Below the pieces are notes generated by a model, which was not told the DNA's origin, made no database searches, and saw only the letters and a list, made by a program, of their open reading frames with translations. From positions 46,066,001 through 46,130,000 of the forward strand of contig NC_043005.1 in NCBI RefSeq assembly GCF_006345805.1: a DNA stretch of 64,000 nt. The letters are read 5' to 3'. This DNA is from Octopus sinensis. Taxonomy: Eukaryota. Position numbers and translations under genes: made by a program. Positions 1-13,323 of this stretch are shown one piece after another; the stretch's first letter is position 1, and each line of letters begins with the position of its first letter.

Positions 1-22
1 CTGTGATGCTAAGTGACGTTAG

Positions 23-320
23 TGAAGGCGCGTGGTTTTGTGCTTGGGGTATTCGGCTCGCTATCGTAAGGTTGTGAGTTCGATTCCTGCCGGTGCTATT
101 TCATGTTGCTGCAGTCGACTTGGCTGAAAAAAAAGTGAATTGTACATTCATTTCAAACGGCCAGCCTTGTCACATTCCGTGTCGCGCTGAATCTTCCTGA
201 GAACTTCATTAAGGTTACGCGTGTTTGTGGAGTTCTTAGCCACTTGCACGTTAATTTCCCGAGCAGGCTGTTCCGTTGATCAGTTCAACTGGAATTACTC
301 ATCGTCGTAACCGACGGAGT
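23..320 (+). mobile_element. tRNA-derived SINE, family B (diverged copy)
   Basis: Head with GAGTTCGATTCC and tail cgtcgtaaccgacggag shared with copies at 12931 and 58586. Confidence 0.75.
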
Positions 321-818
321 AAGTGATATTATCACACAATCATCAAGTTAACAAATAACATTTGTTAATGATTCATGTCCGTCCTTGAACTAAGCAACAA
401 CAATAGACATGCAGTTAAAAGGCTGGATACCGTAGATACAACATATCTAGACTGTCGGGTTGCATCCCTTGTTATTAACTGTGCTCATCAGAATAAATAA
501 TACGGTTCCTGTCTACAGGGAAATGTAGCAGGATTTGTGTATCACCCTTAATTGTCTCACTGACCACTTGCGTGATATGAGCTAAAGCTGACATCACGAA
601 CGACTATTCAAGCAATTAAAAATGAGTTTACGATTTCTCATAAGAACATGTAACCTGAGATTTTAATTGAAATTAACAGAGAAGTTAGGAACCTTGAGTA
701 AAATTCTCGTATTGAATGACAGTAAAACATCTGACTACAATACTTTAAAAGGAAAGACGTCATTCTGAGAAAAATTGCAACTGAAATTCTTTAATTTTTT
801 ATGAAAACATCGTTATAT

Positions 819-980
819 AGGTGCAGGAGTGGCTGTGTTGTAAGTAGCTTGCTAACCAACCACATGGTTCCGGGTTCAGTCCCACTGCGTGGCATCTTGG
901 GCAAGTGTCTTCTGCTATAGCCCCGGGCCGACCAATGCCTTGTGAGTGGATTTGGTAGACGGAAACTGAAAGAAGCCTGT

Positions 981-1076
<96 letters not shown>

Positions 1077-1295
1077 GTCCCCCTAGCATTGCTTGACAAC
1101 AGATGCTGGTGTGTTTACGTCCCCGTCTCTTAGCGGTTCGGCAAAAGAGACCGATAGAATAAGTACTGGGCTTACAAAGAATAAGTTCCAGGGTCGATTT
1201 GCTCGACTAAAGGCTGTGCTCCAGCAAGGCCACAGTCAAATGACTGAAACAAGTAAACGAATAAACGAACGAAACGAATAAACGAATAAACGAAT
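819..1295 (+). mobile_element. tRNA-derived SINE, family A, with internal (TA)n(TG)n microsatellite
   Basis: gcaggagtggctgtg..GGTTCAGTCCC head; near-identical copies at 9065, 26003 and 29229; short tandem-repeat tail. Confidence 0.85.
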
Positions 1296-1774
1296 CAATA
1301 GACTGAAGGGGGAAAAAAATCTCTTATAAAAGCACGAAAACTTAACTCGTATACAAAATACATTAAGAAGTCGTGACTTTCATCTTTTCCCCCAGGACAT
1401 TAGCAGCGAAGATGAGTAACGATTGAGACTTGAGACCTTACTATATAAGCTTGTCTCTGCCAACCAGTGTTTCTCACGTGATTCAAATAATACTCTTCAA
1501 ATCCAGTAAGTACTATAACTGCGACGTCACAATCAATATTTACCGTGTCAACTTTTACTTCGTTTCCGTCAATAACATTGGATATAATTTGTTGGTTAGT
1601 AAATGTTGCTGACACTTTTCGCTGGATCTAAACTACAAGCATATATGCATATATATGTATATATATATATATGTGTATATATATATATGTTTTTGCATAT
1701 ACATATATACATATATTTATGTATATATATATATATAAAGGCTATTAATAATATAGAGAGTTGGTGGAAGCGCT

Positions 1775-2012
1775 TAAGGCGGCGAGCTGGCAGAAACGTT
1801 AGCGAGCCGGGCGAAATGCATAGCCGTATTTCGTCTGCCGCTACGTTCTGAGTTCAAATTCCGCCGAGGTCGACTTTGCCTTTCATCCTTTCGAGGTCAA
1901 AAACTTAATTACCCGTTACGCACTGGGGTCGATGTAATCGACTTAATCCGTTTTGTCTGTCCTTGTTTGTCCCCTCTGAGTTTAGCCCCTTGTGGGTAGT
2001 AAAAAAAAAAAT
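1775..2012 (+). mobile_element. tRNA-derived SINE, family C (aaggcggcgagctggcag head)
   Basis: GAGTTCAAATTCC B-box; gtcgactttgcctttcatcc core; A-tail; TSD-like agttg(g/a)tggaagcgc flanks. Confidence 0.85.
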
Positions 2013-2939
2013 AGTTGATGGAAGCGCATGACTTAATTCATGAGAGGTGTTGAACTCATAATCGTAAGATTGTGATTTCGATCTCAGGACTTGGCGATGC
2101 GTTGTGTTCTTGAGTAAAACACTTCATTTCACGTTGCTCCAGTCTACTTAACTGGTAAAAAATGAGAATTCCTATGACGAACCGGCGTTTCGTCCAGTTG
2201 GGGAGTAGTATATACGCCAGAGAATCCGGGAAAGCTGCCCTATGGGTCTATATAATTCTGGAAGAAGCTTTAGGGTGGTGAGCTGGCTTGCCAGGCAAAA
2301 TGCTTAGTGGAATTTCGTCCGTCTTTACGTTCTGGGTTCAAATTCCGTCGAGGTCGACCTTACCTTTCATTCTTTCGAGGTCGAAAAAATAAGTACCAGT
2401 TGAACAATAGATACTGTAATCGACTTAGCCCCATCCCCGAAATTGCTGGCCTTGTGCCAAAATTTGAAAGCAATACTACAGGACATAAAGTGAGTGTGAA
2501 TTTTTTACAACCATCGAAGGAATCAATCTTACTATTATTTTCCATGTATAAAAGTGTTCTGCTTTACATTTCATCATTTATTCATTTATTTTATCCGTTT
2601 TAAACACAGTCTCAGTTTCTTGTACATTATATTAACTTCTACTTCATATCTTCAACGATCCGGAACATCTAATACTGATATGTTTCACTGACTTTTTTTT
2701 ATCGAATCTATTCATAAACCGACTCTGTACAATTTTGGAAATTATAAGATTATAGTTCAGATGAATTAAGATGTTGTGGCCTTCAATTCTTTCTTAGGAA
2801 TTTTAACTGTTAAGACGAAGAAATGTGGTAACCTCAGCTTACTCTCTTGATTAAGTAGACCTAATATCGAAGACCGCATGCCTCGAGTCTTCGATGTTAG
2901 GTCTGGTTCATCAAGATAGGCTTAAGACGATAAAAAGAA

Positions 2940-5700
2940 AAAAAAATTAACATTGATATTTCATATCAGAGGAAATTAAATCTTGGAAAATTATTTCCCT
3001 TTTTCTTTAAGATTCTAACTTTAACCACTGGCTTTATTTTTCTAACAACAAGGAAATTCTTAATTTATTTTGAATTATCTTCTAATCTAATAACTTATTC
3101 TAATTCATTGATTTTCGCTTATAATTCAGCGATATTGCCAGTCCTCAGTATAAATGTGTTCACTGCTAGCCTTCTCACCTCCAACACCGCAGTCATAGCA
3201 CTTTTGATTCATTGCCAAACAGATCTCTTTCTATTTTGCAGTATTCCTGCAGAGGAAGTCTCTACATTTATGCCCACTTTGTACCCGAGTTTACATAGCA
3301 TACTCTGTTAAAACACTTCCCAAGTTTCCCTCCCACTTTGTATTCAAATTTGCATAGCACACACTTTTAAAATGCTTACTAACTTCTCCTACTTCCCTTC
3401 ACAAGACGCACTAACATGTATACCAGCGGTTCGCAACCATTTTTCACCTATGGGCCTCTTCGGTCCCTATTTTACTCTGGTGGACCCTAACAACCATTCG
3501 ATGTTTTAAAAAATCCTGTTATATTTTTAGATTTAAATATTATAAGGAAATGCATAAAAAATTTAAATATTTGGTGTATCGTAGAAGTATAAGCAATTTA
3601 TTGCACATAAATTTTAACAACGAAACCATGTAAGAACCTCCAAAGGTCATGTGGACCCCAGTTGAAAACCTCAGATGTATACAGACATGTCATATCCAAA
3701 AGAAACACCTCCAATCAATACAGATAAACAAAACTACAATCTCTTGCAATCAGTAACCTCTATTATCACCAAGCTTGTTAGCTTCTGTCTACCTCTCTTT
3801 CTCTGAATCTCTCTCCATCTTCAGACACATGCTGCAGTGTGTCTCATATCTAAGAACAAAAACCCATCTAACCAACCGACTATGAATCTACTCTTACATC
3901 CAACAACTCAGATGATGGAGTCAACCACGTTCTCCAACACCTTGAATTCCTTTTCCTTCTCAATGACCATCACATCTACTGAAGACCTTCTCTCTTATGT
4001 CACTCAACCGTCACCCTCTCCTAAAAGTATAACAAATAAAAGAAATGAAAAACGTAGCTGCATTTAACACCAACAATACGTTCAATCAAATGTGGTATGC
4101 GACTCTACTATGGACTCCATCTGACTCGTCTTTTGAAATGGAAACTTCTTGACAAATTCTGTCATCATAGCCCGTACAGATATAGTTTTCTTAGATATTT
4201 TCAGTTGCGGTTACACATTTCATATGCTTTCAGTATTGTTCCAGTTGTTTTCAAATTTGATGGTATGGTTTAGCTTTATAAATCAAATTAATTTTTACCA
4301 TAAATTAATAAGTAAAAAGTCAATAGCTTTTAAAGTTTGCAGATTTTCAATAATTTTAACCACTCGAAGGTCGCCATTATACACATGAACGTAAATCTAA
4401 GATTAAAGTCTGTTTTCATAATAATGAACAAAACTGTAGTCTGTCCCGTTTACATTGTATCAAGGACGCTATATACGCACCATTGTAATACTTTCACCAC
4501 CGCAACCACCACAAGTTTTGACGATATTTTGTAACAAACAGCTACCACGCAGAAAAGTCGGCTTCCGAATCTTTGTTTTCTGATTGGCTAAAATGATCAA
4601 ACTTTGGAAGCTTTGTAACATTTTTCTAAATTTGGGGGTGGGGGGATAAATTAATCCCAAATTCGGATTCAGTGTGAAAAGTTACATCAATACACCAAAT
4701 TTGAAAATGTTCGCTTAATTTTAAAATTTCCAAATCTGTAACAGCAATCAAAAAGATCCGTTTTCTCTGATCCACACCATCAAATTTGGTGTACCCAATG
4801 GTCTCTTTTTCCCAAATACTTTTTCCTACACTTACATCAATAAATCACTTGTCATCACTCCACTAACACCCACTAGTATATCACTACTTATTCTTCTCAT
4901 CAGCACAGACACCAGGCGCCAAACATTCACAATAGGAATCAAACTAATCTTCTATCATTTAACACGACAATCACTACACATATCAAGAAAATCTTATCTT
5001 TGGCAAAGTAAATGCAAAGTCTCATATGGTAGCATCACTGAGGATTTTAAAATCCTCAATGATGCTACAATATGAGATTTTACATTTACTGATTACTTAC
5101 CCATTTACTGATCACTTATTAATAAAATATAAAAAAAAACACCCTAAAAATGGCCTTTTGTTTCCAACAGTTACTAATTTTCTATAAATCTTCTGTGTGA
5201 TACAGGAGTGAATACTGATACCTTATCTGGGAAATTCTGCAAACACATATGAACATACAGTGACCACATTGTAAAAGCACACTCGATTGCTTAGCATTGT
5301 GTCGCTCATAGAAGCATTATTTTCTCTGACCCACAGACTTGTTTTCAGAACCATAAATGTGCTGTCTCCAATCATTATCTTTTCAACTATACTACGGTAG
5401 ATTTTGTTGGACTCCTTTCATTTATACTCAAAGCTGCCAAATTCTCCTTATCTCCTCCCCTCCCATCAACAATATTGTGTTTACATTTCCAAACTATGCA
5501 CAAATCTCTATAACCAATCCTTTCTCCATAGAAACGGCAGTCTCCAGAAATTTCTCCTTGCCCATGTTTTGCCTGTCATCATAGAACTGCAGTTTTTCAA
5601 GAATATCGACCTCATTGATTTCATTGATTTCATTAATCTCACACGCCTGGTAAAGTTTGTTGGCAATGGCTCTTACTCCTTACAAAACCATTAAAAAAGT
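2940..5700 (+). pseudogene. Highly decayed L1/Tx1-like LINE remnant
   Basis: Short frames (SIPAEEVSTFM) and a degenerate CCHC-knuckle-like stretch split by the hAT MITE at 3424; many stops. Confidence 0.3.
3424..3674. mobile_element. hAT-type MITE
   Basis: CAGcGGTT..CAAC / GTTG..AACC..G imperfect TIRs; 8-bp TSD atgtatac on both sides. Confidence 0.75.
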
Positions 5701-8077
5701 TCAAAATAATATTGGAAATGTGATTGTCTTGGTTTTGTTAATGAATGAACTCAAACAAAATTTCTTATAAAGCAATGAAACTTGTAAACGGTGTTCTTTT
5801 TCTGTTTTCATAAGCTGTTTAGAAGAATCACGGTTTCAGTCACCATTTGTAGATAGTATTCTTCAATGTCGATGCGGAAAATATCATGAAGTTATGTGTT
5901 AAGTGATATAAGCACGTACTCATGAATCTAACCGCTAAAATAAATATTTTCTGATGATTTATGAAATGAATTGTGGATAGAGTTTAATAAGAGTTTTATT
6001 AAAACAATCACAAGCTGCTCTTCGCGGAAGCTGAGCCCACACCAATGGATCTAATCACAAAATTATACAGTGTTAATGATTTAGAACACGAAGTAAGTGT
6101 GGATTTGAACGATTGGCAACTTAAAATTTCGCTTCCCGTTGACCTATTTCTTAAATGATTATTTTCGGAATAACATCGCAAGAACCAGTATTATAAGTGT
6201 AATACTCTACCTTATTCTATAGTATGAATACATACACTAAGACGTCATTGATACAGTAAATTATCGCCAATGGATGAGCAGTGAAAGAAGCATGAATATC
6301 TCCTTCTTTCCTTCTTTCCTGAGCGTCCAATAATACAATACTTGTTCCACGTCCTCGCGTTGTTGTGTTTTCTCTTTGTGTTTTCATGTTTGGATTAACT
6401 ATATATATATAACGACATCACATATGTCTGTAGACAATCACAAACAAATGATCATATATTGGTTTCAAGTTATGGCACATGACCAGCAAATTGGTGGCGG
6501 GTGGGGGGGGGGAGTTAAGTCGATTACGTCGAAGTCCTGGTTTCAACTGGTGCTTATTTTAACCATCCCGAAAGGATGAAAGGCAAAGTTAATCTAGGCG
6601 GAATTTGAACTCAGAGCATGAAGACGAGCGAAATATCACGAAGCATTTTGCCCGGCGTGTTAATAATGCAAAAACATCCTGCAAAGTGCGATTGTCAATA
6701 AAATAGAAAAACAACTTAAATTTATTCTTTCTGTACATAGGTCCGATATTTTATAGACAATTTCTACTTAGATATAGTTTTGCATTCCAATTACGAAATT
6801 AAGGAACCATTAATGATTGAACTGTTTTGTAGTTTTTAGCCAGTCAGATGACTCATCCGTTCTCTACACGCAATGTGTGCAACAAACCGGAAAGTTTCTT
6901 AATTAACTATTAAGAATATAACAAAGGTTACACAAAGACCTCACTACCAACTATAAAAATAGATTTCTTTCAGATATATTTGTGATTTTCGTAATTGGCA
7001 TGTAAAAAAACTGAATGTGTGTGGAAATATTCAATAAATCAGAATCAACGTTAAACTAAAGTATTGTTTCAAATTTTGGCACAAGGCCAGTAGTTTGGAC
7101 AGAGGGAGAGACTAAGTCAATTAATTCAACTCCAGTCCTCAGCTAGCACTTCATCGACCTGAAAGAATGAAAGGCAAAGTCGACCTCGGTAGCATTTGAA
7201 CTCAGAACATAATGATGGACGAAATGCCACTAAGCATTGTATCCGGCGTGCTAATGATTCTTCCAGTTCGTCGCCTGGTATTACACCAAATTATTAGGAA
7301 AACCAAACGACAAGCTTTCACACAGTTTCCGTCTACCAAATCCATTCACAAGGCATTAAGTTGCTGGGGCTAGAGTAGAAGACACGAGACCAAGGTGTCA
7401 CGCAGTGGGACTGAACCCGAAATCACTTGGTTGCAAAGCCAGCTTCTAAAATATTTATCTTCTTCAAATTCTTTAAGGAAAACAACTATGACGTCACAAT
7501 GAATGCTCTTAATTTCAAGTTTTGTTCGAATAGTAAAATATGGTTCAAAGACATTGTGAATTTGTACTCCTCACCGCTCTGTCAAGCCATTAACAGTGAA
7601 GTTAAAATAAAGTATGATCTCATCTCTGTTGTAAACAGCGTTGGTCTAATAATTCGAATTATAACCTTCAAATTCCTAAACGACTAACTGTTACGTCACA
7701 ACCAATGTTCTCTGTTGAAACTATTATTTCATTTCCGAAAATAATTCAAGTTTGTTGTGTAGCAAATGTTGGCACACATCGCTGGATCTATCCATTAAAA
7801 ATACAAAATGTTACTAATGATTTTCAAGTTTTCTTTTTTATTATTACGACACTAAGCAAACAGAATCGTTAGCACGCCGGACAAAATGTTTGTTGGCATT
7901 TCTTTCGGTTTTACGTCCTGAGTTTAAATATCGAGGAGTTCGACTTCGCCTTTCATCCTGAAAGGATGAAAGGCGAAGTACCAGGTACTGGGGTCGTTAT
8001 AATTGGCTACCCCTTCCCACCCTACAAAATTTCAGGTCATGAAATTTCGAAAAAAAAAAAAAAAAAAAAAGAAGTGT

Positions 8078-8350
8078 GTCAGTATGTATGTGTACACGCT
8101 TAATATTTTTATTTTTACATCAAATTCCAATATAATCATAATTTATACACTCTGAAAAGTATCTTCACAAAATTTCATTAAAAAAATATCCATTTTTCTG
8201 AAAGTTATGCGGAAGCAAAACCAACTCCTGTAAATTTTCTGAAATTCATTTTTCCACTCACAGAAAATAACCTTTTTACAACCAATTCCGATACAATCAG
8301 AATCTACAACATCTGAAGTGTATTTTTCTTGAAGTTGAGGAAACAACATC
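8078..8350. repeat. Old dispersed repeat (ctgaaagttatg / aaatttcattaaaaaa family)
   Basis: Homologous blocks at 14395-14720, 41770-41890 (inverted) and 42500-43330. Confidence 0.6.
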
Positions 8351-8462
8351 GGGTATGGGCGGGGGCACACACGTGAAAGAATACCTAATACAGTATATCA
8401 GTATAATGAGCATGACCCCGTGCCGTCAAAAATGACGGCTAATTGTAGCATTTTATATATAA

Positions 8463-8862
8463 ACTAGCAGTATCGCCCGGCGTTGCTCGGGTTTGTAAGG
8501 GAAATAACTATATAAGCATTTTTAGAGATGTAAAGTATAATAGCCATCTCAATATGGTTAACCACAAAGGGGGGGGGGTATTACTGTAGCTTTTTACGTT
8601 CTGAGATTTAATAATAAACTTTTAGAGAGTTACTTCCCTTATATATGCCAAAAATGCATTAAAAATGGGAAAAATTAATGGTAATTTTTTTTAAAAACCG
8701 TAGACTCATCGTAGACGCGCGCTAATACCCAGAAGGGCTCGATATGAATCACGACTATAAGATACCCGGTTTTGGTTAAACTGCACCGCAAAATGTGGGA
8801 GTAGTTAGGAATCTAAATCGTAGGAGACAGACAGCACACAACCTTACTTTTATATATAAAGA
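8463..8862 (-). mobile_element. Non-autonomous Helitron
   Basis: Minus strand: 5'-TC start, subterminal hairpin CCCGAGCAACGCCGGG, CTAG 3' end; homologous to 38667-39177. Confidence 0.8.
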
Positions 8863-9064
8863 TATGGATGGTAAATCAAATTAACATACTTGTCAATGTT
8901 CACATACATTCCCTTGTACACGCATACACATACACACATATACTCAGAGTTGAAACGCTGTTTGATTTTTCTTTTCAGCATTGAATGTTCACCATCCCAC
9001 CAATTTGCCATCACCCCTTCCTTCCTTATTCATCTATCATCCCTTCCTTTCTCATTCATATACT

Positions 9065-9463
9065 CTTACTCTTTTACTTATTTCAGTCATTTGTCTGTGG
9101 CTATGCTGGAGCACCGCCTTTAGTTGAGCAAATCGACCCCAGGACTTATTCTTTGTAAGCCTAGTACTTATTCTATCGGTCTCTTTTGCCAAACCACTAA
9201 GTTACGGTGACGTAAACACACCAGCATCGGTTGTCAAGCGATGTTGTGAGGACAAATACACACACACACACACACACACACATACATATACATATATACG
9301 ACGGACTTCTTTCTGTTTCCATCTACCAAATCCACTCACAAGGCTTTGATCGGCCCGAGGCTATAGTAGAAGACACTTGCCCAAGGTGCCACGCAGTGCG
9401 ACTGAACCCGGAACCATGTGGCTGGTAAGCAAGCTACTTACCACACAGCCACACTCCTACGCC
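9065..9463 (-). mobile_element. SINE family A
   Basis: Reverse-complement match to 819-1295, including the (CA)n core. Confidence 0.85.
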
Positions 9464-10180
9464 TATATGTTGTGACGGAGAAAAACTCAAGGGTATTATT
9501 ATTATAGTAGATAACATTTGTATGTTCTCGCCTGGTCGTTCGTCTGACTCCCCAATTGATTAATCAAAGAACGAAGGAAATTTGAGCAACTCAATAACAA
9601 CACCAACTGTTACACATTCATATCTGTGTATACGTGCATCCCCACTCTTGGCACTATTTAGTAGTGAATAGTACAAACTGTGTGTAAAGTATATAATGTA
9701 TTACTACGCTGAACGTCGTCGTCCGTGTAACAAATAAAGATAATAAACACGTAAACAATAACAATGGTTTTCATTTGGTTGTCTTTCCCATTAGAACCCA
9801 AACTACACATAACACCAACTATTTCAATCGTTTTAGCAATAATTAAAAGCAGAAACAAATGCAAAGACTGCGAACAGAAAACAGACGTTCTCCGCTTGCT
9901 ATCACCGTTCTTTAAATTTGTTTAAAAAAAAAACACAATGTCACAATCGATCTTTATCATGGCTTACTTATCTTTTGTCCTTTACTTGTTTCAGTCATTG
10001 AACTACAGTAATGCTGAGGCACAGCTTTGAAGGGTTTTGGTCGAACAAAATCGACGCTGGGACTTAAGAGGTCGTACTTACTCTATTGCTCTCTTTTGCC
10101 GAACAGCTAAGATATAAGGATGTAAACAAACCAGCACGGGTTTGTCTAGTGGTAGCGGGGTGGTGGTGGTGGTGACTGAT

Positions 10181-10216
<36 letters not shown>

Positions 10217-12930
10217 CTACACGACAAGCTTTCACACAGTTTCCGTCTACCAAATCCACTCATAAGGCATTAAGCTGCTGGGACGAGAGTAGAAGACACT
10301 AGACCAAGGTGTCACGCAGTGGGACTGAAACCGAAATCACGTGGTTGTAAAGGCAGCTTCTAAACTATTTTAATCTTCAACTTAAAGAAGGAAAACAACT
10401 ATGACGTCACAATGAATGCTCTTAATTCCAAGTTTTGCTCGAATTTACTAAATCTCACGTAATGATGACAGCACACATCTGTGAACCTAACTTCCAACAG
10501 AGATATTTTTCGAATCATCCAAGTCACGAAATGAATGTAGATTCTAACAATCACATCTTGATCTTCGTATATCTAAGTTCTCGTACCAATTTCAGATATC
10601 TAGAATGTATTTTACTTAACGTTCGCGTGATTCGCATAATTCATTATTGATTGTCTTTAAATATTAATTTCATGTTCGATTGTTTGATTTTGATTTTTGT
10701 TTAACGCTGAATTCATTTATACTATGGTTTTAATAGATTCCTATAATTTCGGTTAAACATGTTTAGAGTATAAAACATTATGGCTTTTTAGGAATTTTAA
10801 TATTCAAGAATTTGCATTAAATTTTCTGTTGACGTGTGTGATCTCATTTTATATATTTATTAATTCACTTTTAATGAGGTAATTCGACGGCTGTATTTTA
10901 TATCAACGATCACATTGTGTATGCACTCATTAATAAGCATAATGAGAAGACTACTGTGGAAGTGATGATGGCAGCCGTGTTGATGGTGGAGCAATTCTTT
11001 ATCAAATAGGTCAATGAGAAGCTTAATATATATATATCAAAGGTGTAAATCAATGATGTATTTCACATCATTAGCATTTGCAACAACTTCGAGGTATTCA
11101 GTTGCTTATTGTCCGAGCCTAAGGACAAAAGATAGCTTTTTTTTTTCTTTATATTTGTGTTTAGAGTGTGTTGTGTTGATTCATTTAAAACTAAATTAGA
11201 GACTTTAAAATAAATAGCTGGTTCATTAACTATCTACAATAAATATTATTTTGATCGACAAACTATAAATATTATTTTGATCGGCAGTGGTTGTGCTTTT
11301 TCTTTCCCTTTTTATTCTTGTTTCTTCCTTTTTACTTCCTTTTTGTTATTCAACTTTGTGTATGTTTTCTAAATGTGTTAATGAATAAAGCAATAAGTAA
11401 TAAATAATACCTTGAAAGGGTTGCTAGGTCCATCTCATAGTCTCAGCGGACGAAATGGAAAAGGCGTTACCCCGGAGGATGGCGAGCGAGATGCACTGAA
11501 ACAGCCACTCTGACTCACGGGATTTGCACTTGTAGATAACCATTTCAGCCCCAAAAGCGATGAAGCACCCGCTTCAAACTCATGTTACATCTGCTCCGAT
11601 AATCGGCAGTGACTTGGTCAATGAATCCTTTGTGACGATTGACAATCGACGGTAAGGTGAGCTGCTACGGATCACACTATCTGAAAGTGGGTATCCATGT
11701 GACCGGAGACCACATATGAACTTGTATTCCTACTGAAATTCCGAACATGAACTTCACACCTCAACGAATGACGACTACGGTTACCGTGTCTGCGCTAGCC
11801 GACTCGCTTGCTCTCCCAGAGGAACATTTGTCAAATTTGCAAGCTGTAAATTTGGGTCAAGCATTATTTTTGCCTGTTGGAACATTAAGGCTGACTGTCG
11901 GATATGATCAGCATTCGTGAAGAACGTGTTGCACTCGTTGGTCGGAGCCGGTTCAACCCATCCCGGGTGAATACCATTACAAGTACAGGTAAGTAAATGA
12001 GCAGGTATGTGGTGTGGGGGCTGAGACTGCCAGAAGTCTCCACTGCTATAGGCTCAAACATGTGGTATTGCTATTGAAACTGCAATATTGATATGAGCCA
12101 ATTTAGGATGTTCATGGAGGGATCTACGTTGCATGTAGAGATCTGAGTAAATTTGTCTATAAAAATCACGAAACCCGCAAGAGCGGAAGGCAAAAGTGAA
12201 GTCGAACTCTTCGATATTTGAACTCAGGATGTAAAACCGGAAGAAATGCCATTAAACATTTTGTCTAGCGTGCTAACGATTATGCCAGCTTACCGCCGTA
12301 ATAAAACGAATAACAAAAACGGAAACGTGAAAATCATTAGTTACATTTTATATGTTTATGGATAAATCCAGCGATGTGTGCTAACATTTGCCACACAGCA
12401 AACTTGAATTATTTTCGGAAATGAAATAATAGTTTCAACAGAGAACATGGATTGTGACGTAACAGTTGTGCTATCATATGTATAGGAGTTGACATTGATG
12501 GAAGTGACGGCAAGCCTGTCGCTGGTGTATGAATAGGCGGGAATGTGTGTAACTATATAAAAACTGACCCTTAGCTGCACTAAATTTGGTAGTGTATGGA
12601 TCGGAAAGATAGGTTTGAATGTTTCGTTGTTGCTGAGTGAAACTTCATAGTTTTCGCCAAGTTCTTTCTAGGCGTGGAACACTGGTGATGACAAAAGATA
12701 AGGGCTTTCCAGTTTGGCAATCATTGAGAAGGGAGAACGGTCAAGGTGTTGAAGAAGGAGGCAGTCTCCGTCATCTGATGATTTAGAAGTAAATGGGATC
12801 GGGCTGGATCAGAAAAATTGCCCTTCTTGTAAATGAGATAGACTGTACTAAAGACGGAGAAAAATCGAGAAGTGGGGGGAGGAGGAGAGAGAGACAGAAA
12901 GTTTGGCGATTATAGAGGCTATTTGAGAGT

Positions 12931-13323
12931 GTGGAGGCGCAATGGCCCAGTGGTTAGGGCAGCGGACTCGCAGTCATAGGATCGCGGTTTCGATTCCCAG
13001 ACCGGGCGTTGTGAGTGTTTATTGAGCGAAAACACCTAAAGCTCCACGAGGCTCCGGCAGGGGATGGTGGTGATCCCTACTGTACTCTTTCACCACAACT
13101 TTCTCTCACTCTTACTTCCTGCTTCTGTTGTACCTGTATTTCAAAGGGCCGGCCTTGTCACTCTCTGTGTCACGCTGAATATCCCCGAGAACTACGTTAT
13201 GGGTACACGTGTCTGTGGAGTGCTCAGCCACTTACACGTTAATTTCACGAGCAGGCTGTTCTGTTGATTCGGATCAACCGGAACCCTCGTCGTCGTAACC
13301 GACGGAGTGCTTCTCCCTCCTTC
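12931..13323 (+). mobile_element. Full-length young SINE, family B
   Basis: tRNA-like head (TGGCCCAGTGG A-box, GTTTCGATTCC B-box); 12-bp TSD ctatttgagagt. Confidence 0.9.

Noticed and set aside
791-1281. ORFs with THTH/YIYI/CVCV runs (also 9231, 26173, 29173 and 43902)
   Set aside because: They are translations of SINE bodies and microsatellites, not genes.
1465-1628. Apparent minus-strand exon (tttag|ATCCAG...CACTG|gttgg) with an open frame
   Set aside because: Paralogous copies carry stops and indels in this frame and occur in both orientations; no coherent multi-exon gene can be assembled.
7943-7980. Palindrome acttcgcctttcatcctgaaaggatgaaaggcgaagt
   Set aside because: A local fold-back of the SINE C core; no evidence of independent function.
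11410-12120. GC-richer block with a possible RNase H-like VSGHMD frame on the minus strand
   Set aside because: Probably a TE remnant, but the motif support is too weak to assign.
12931-13005. tRNA-like sequences with A and B boxes
   Set aside because: They are SINE heads continuing into a SINE body with TSDs; there is no complete acceptor stem.
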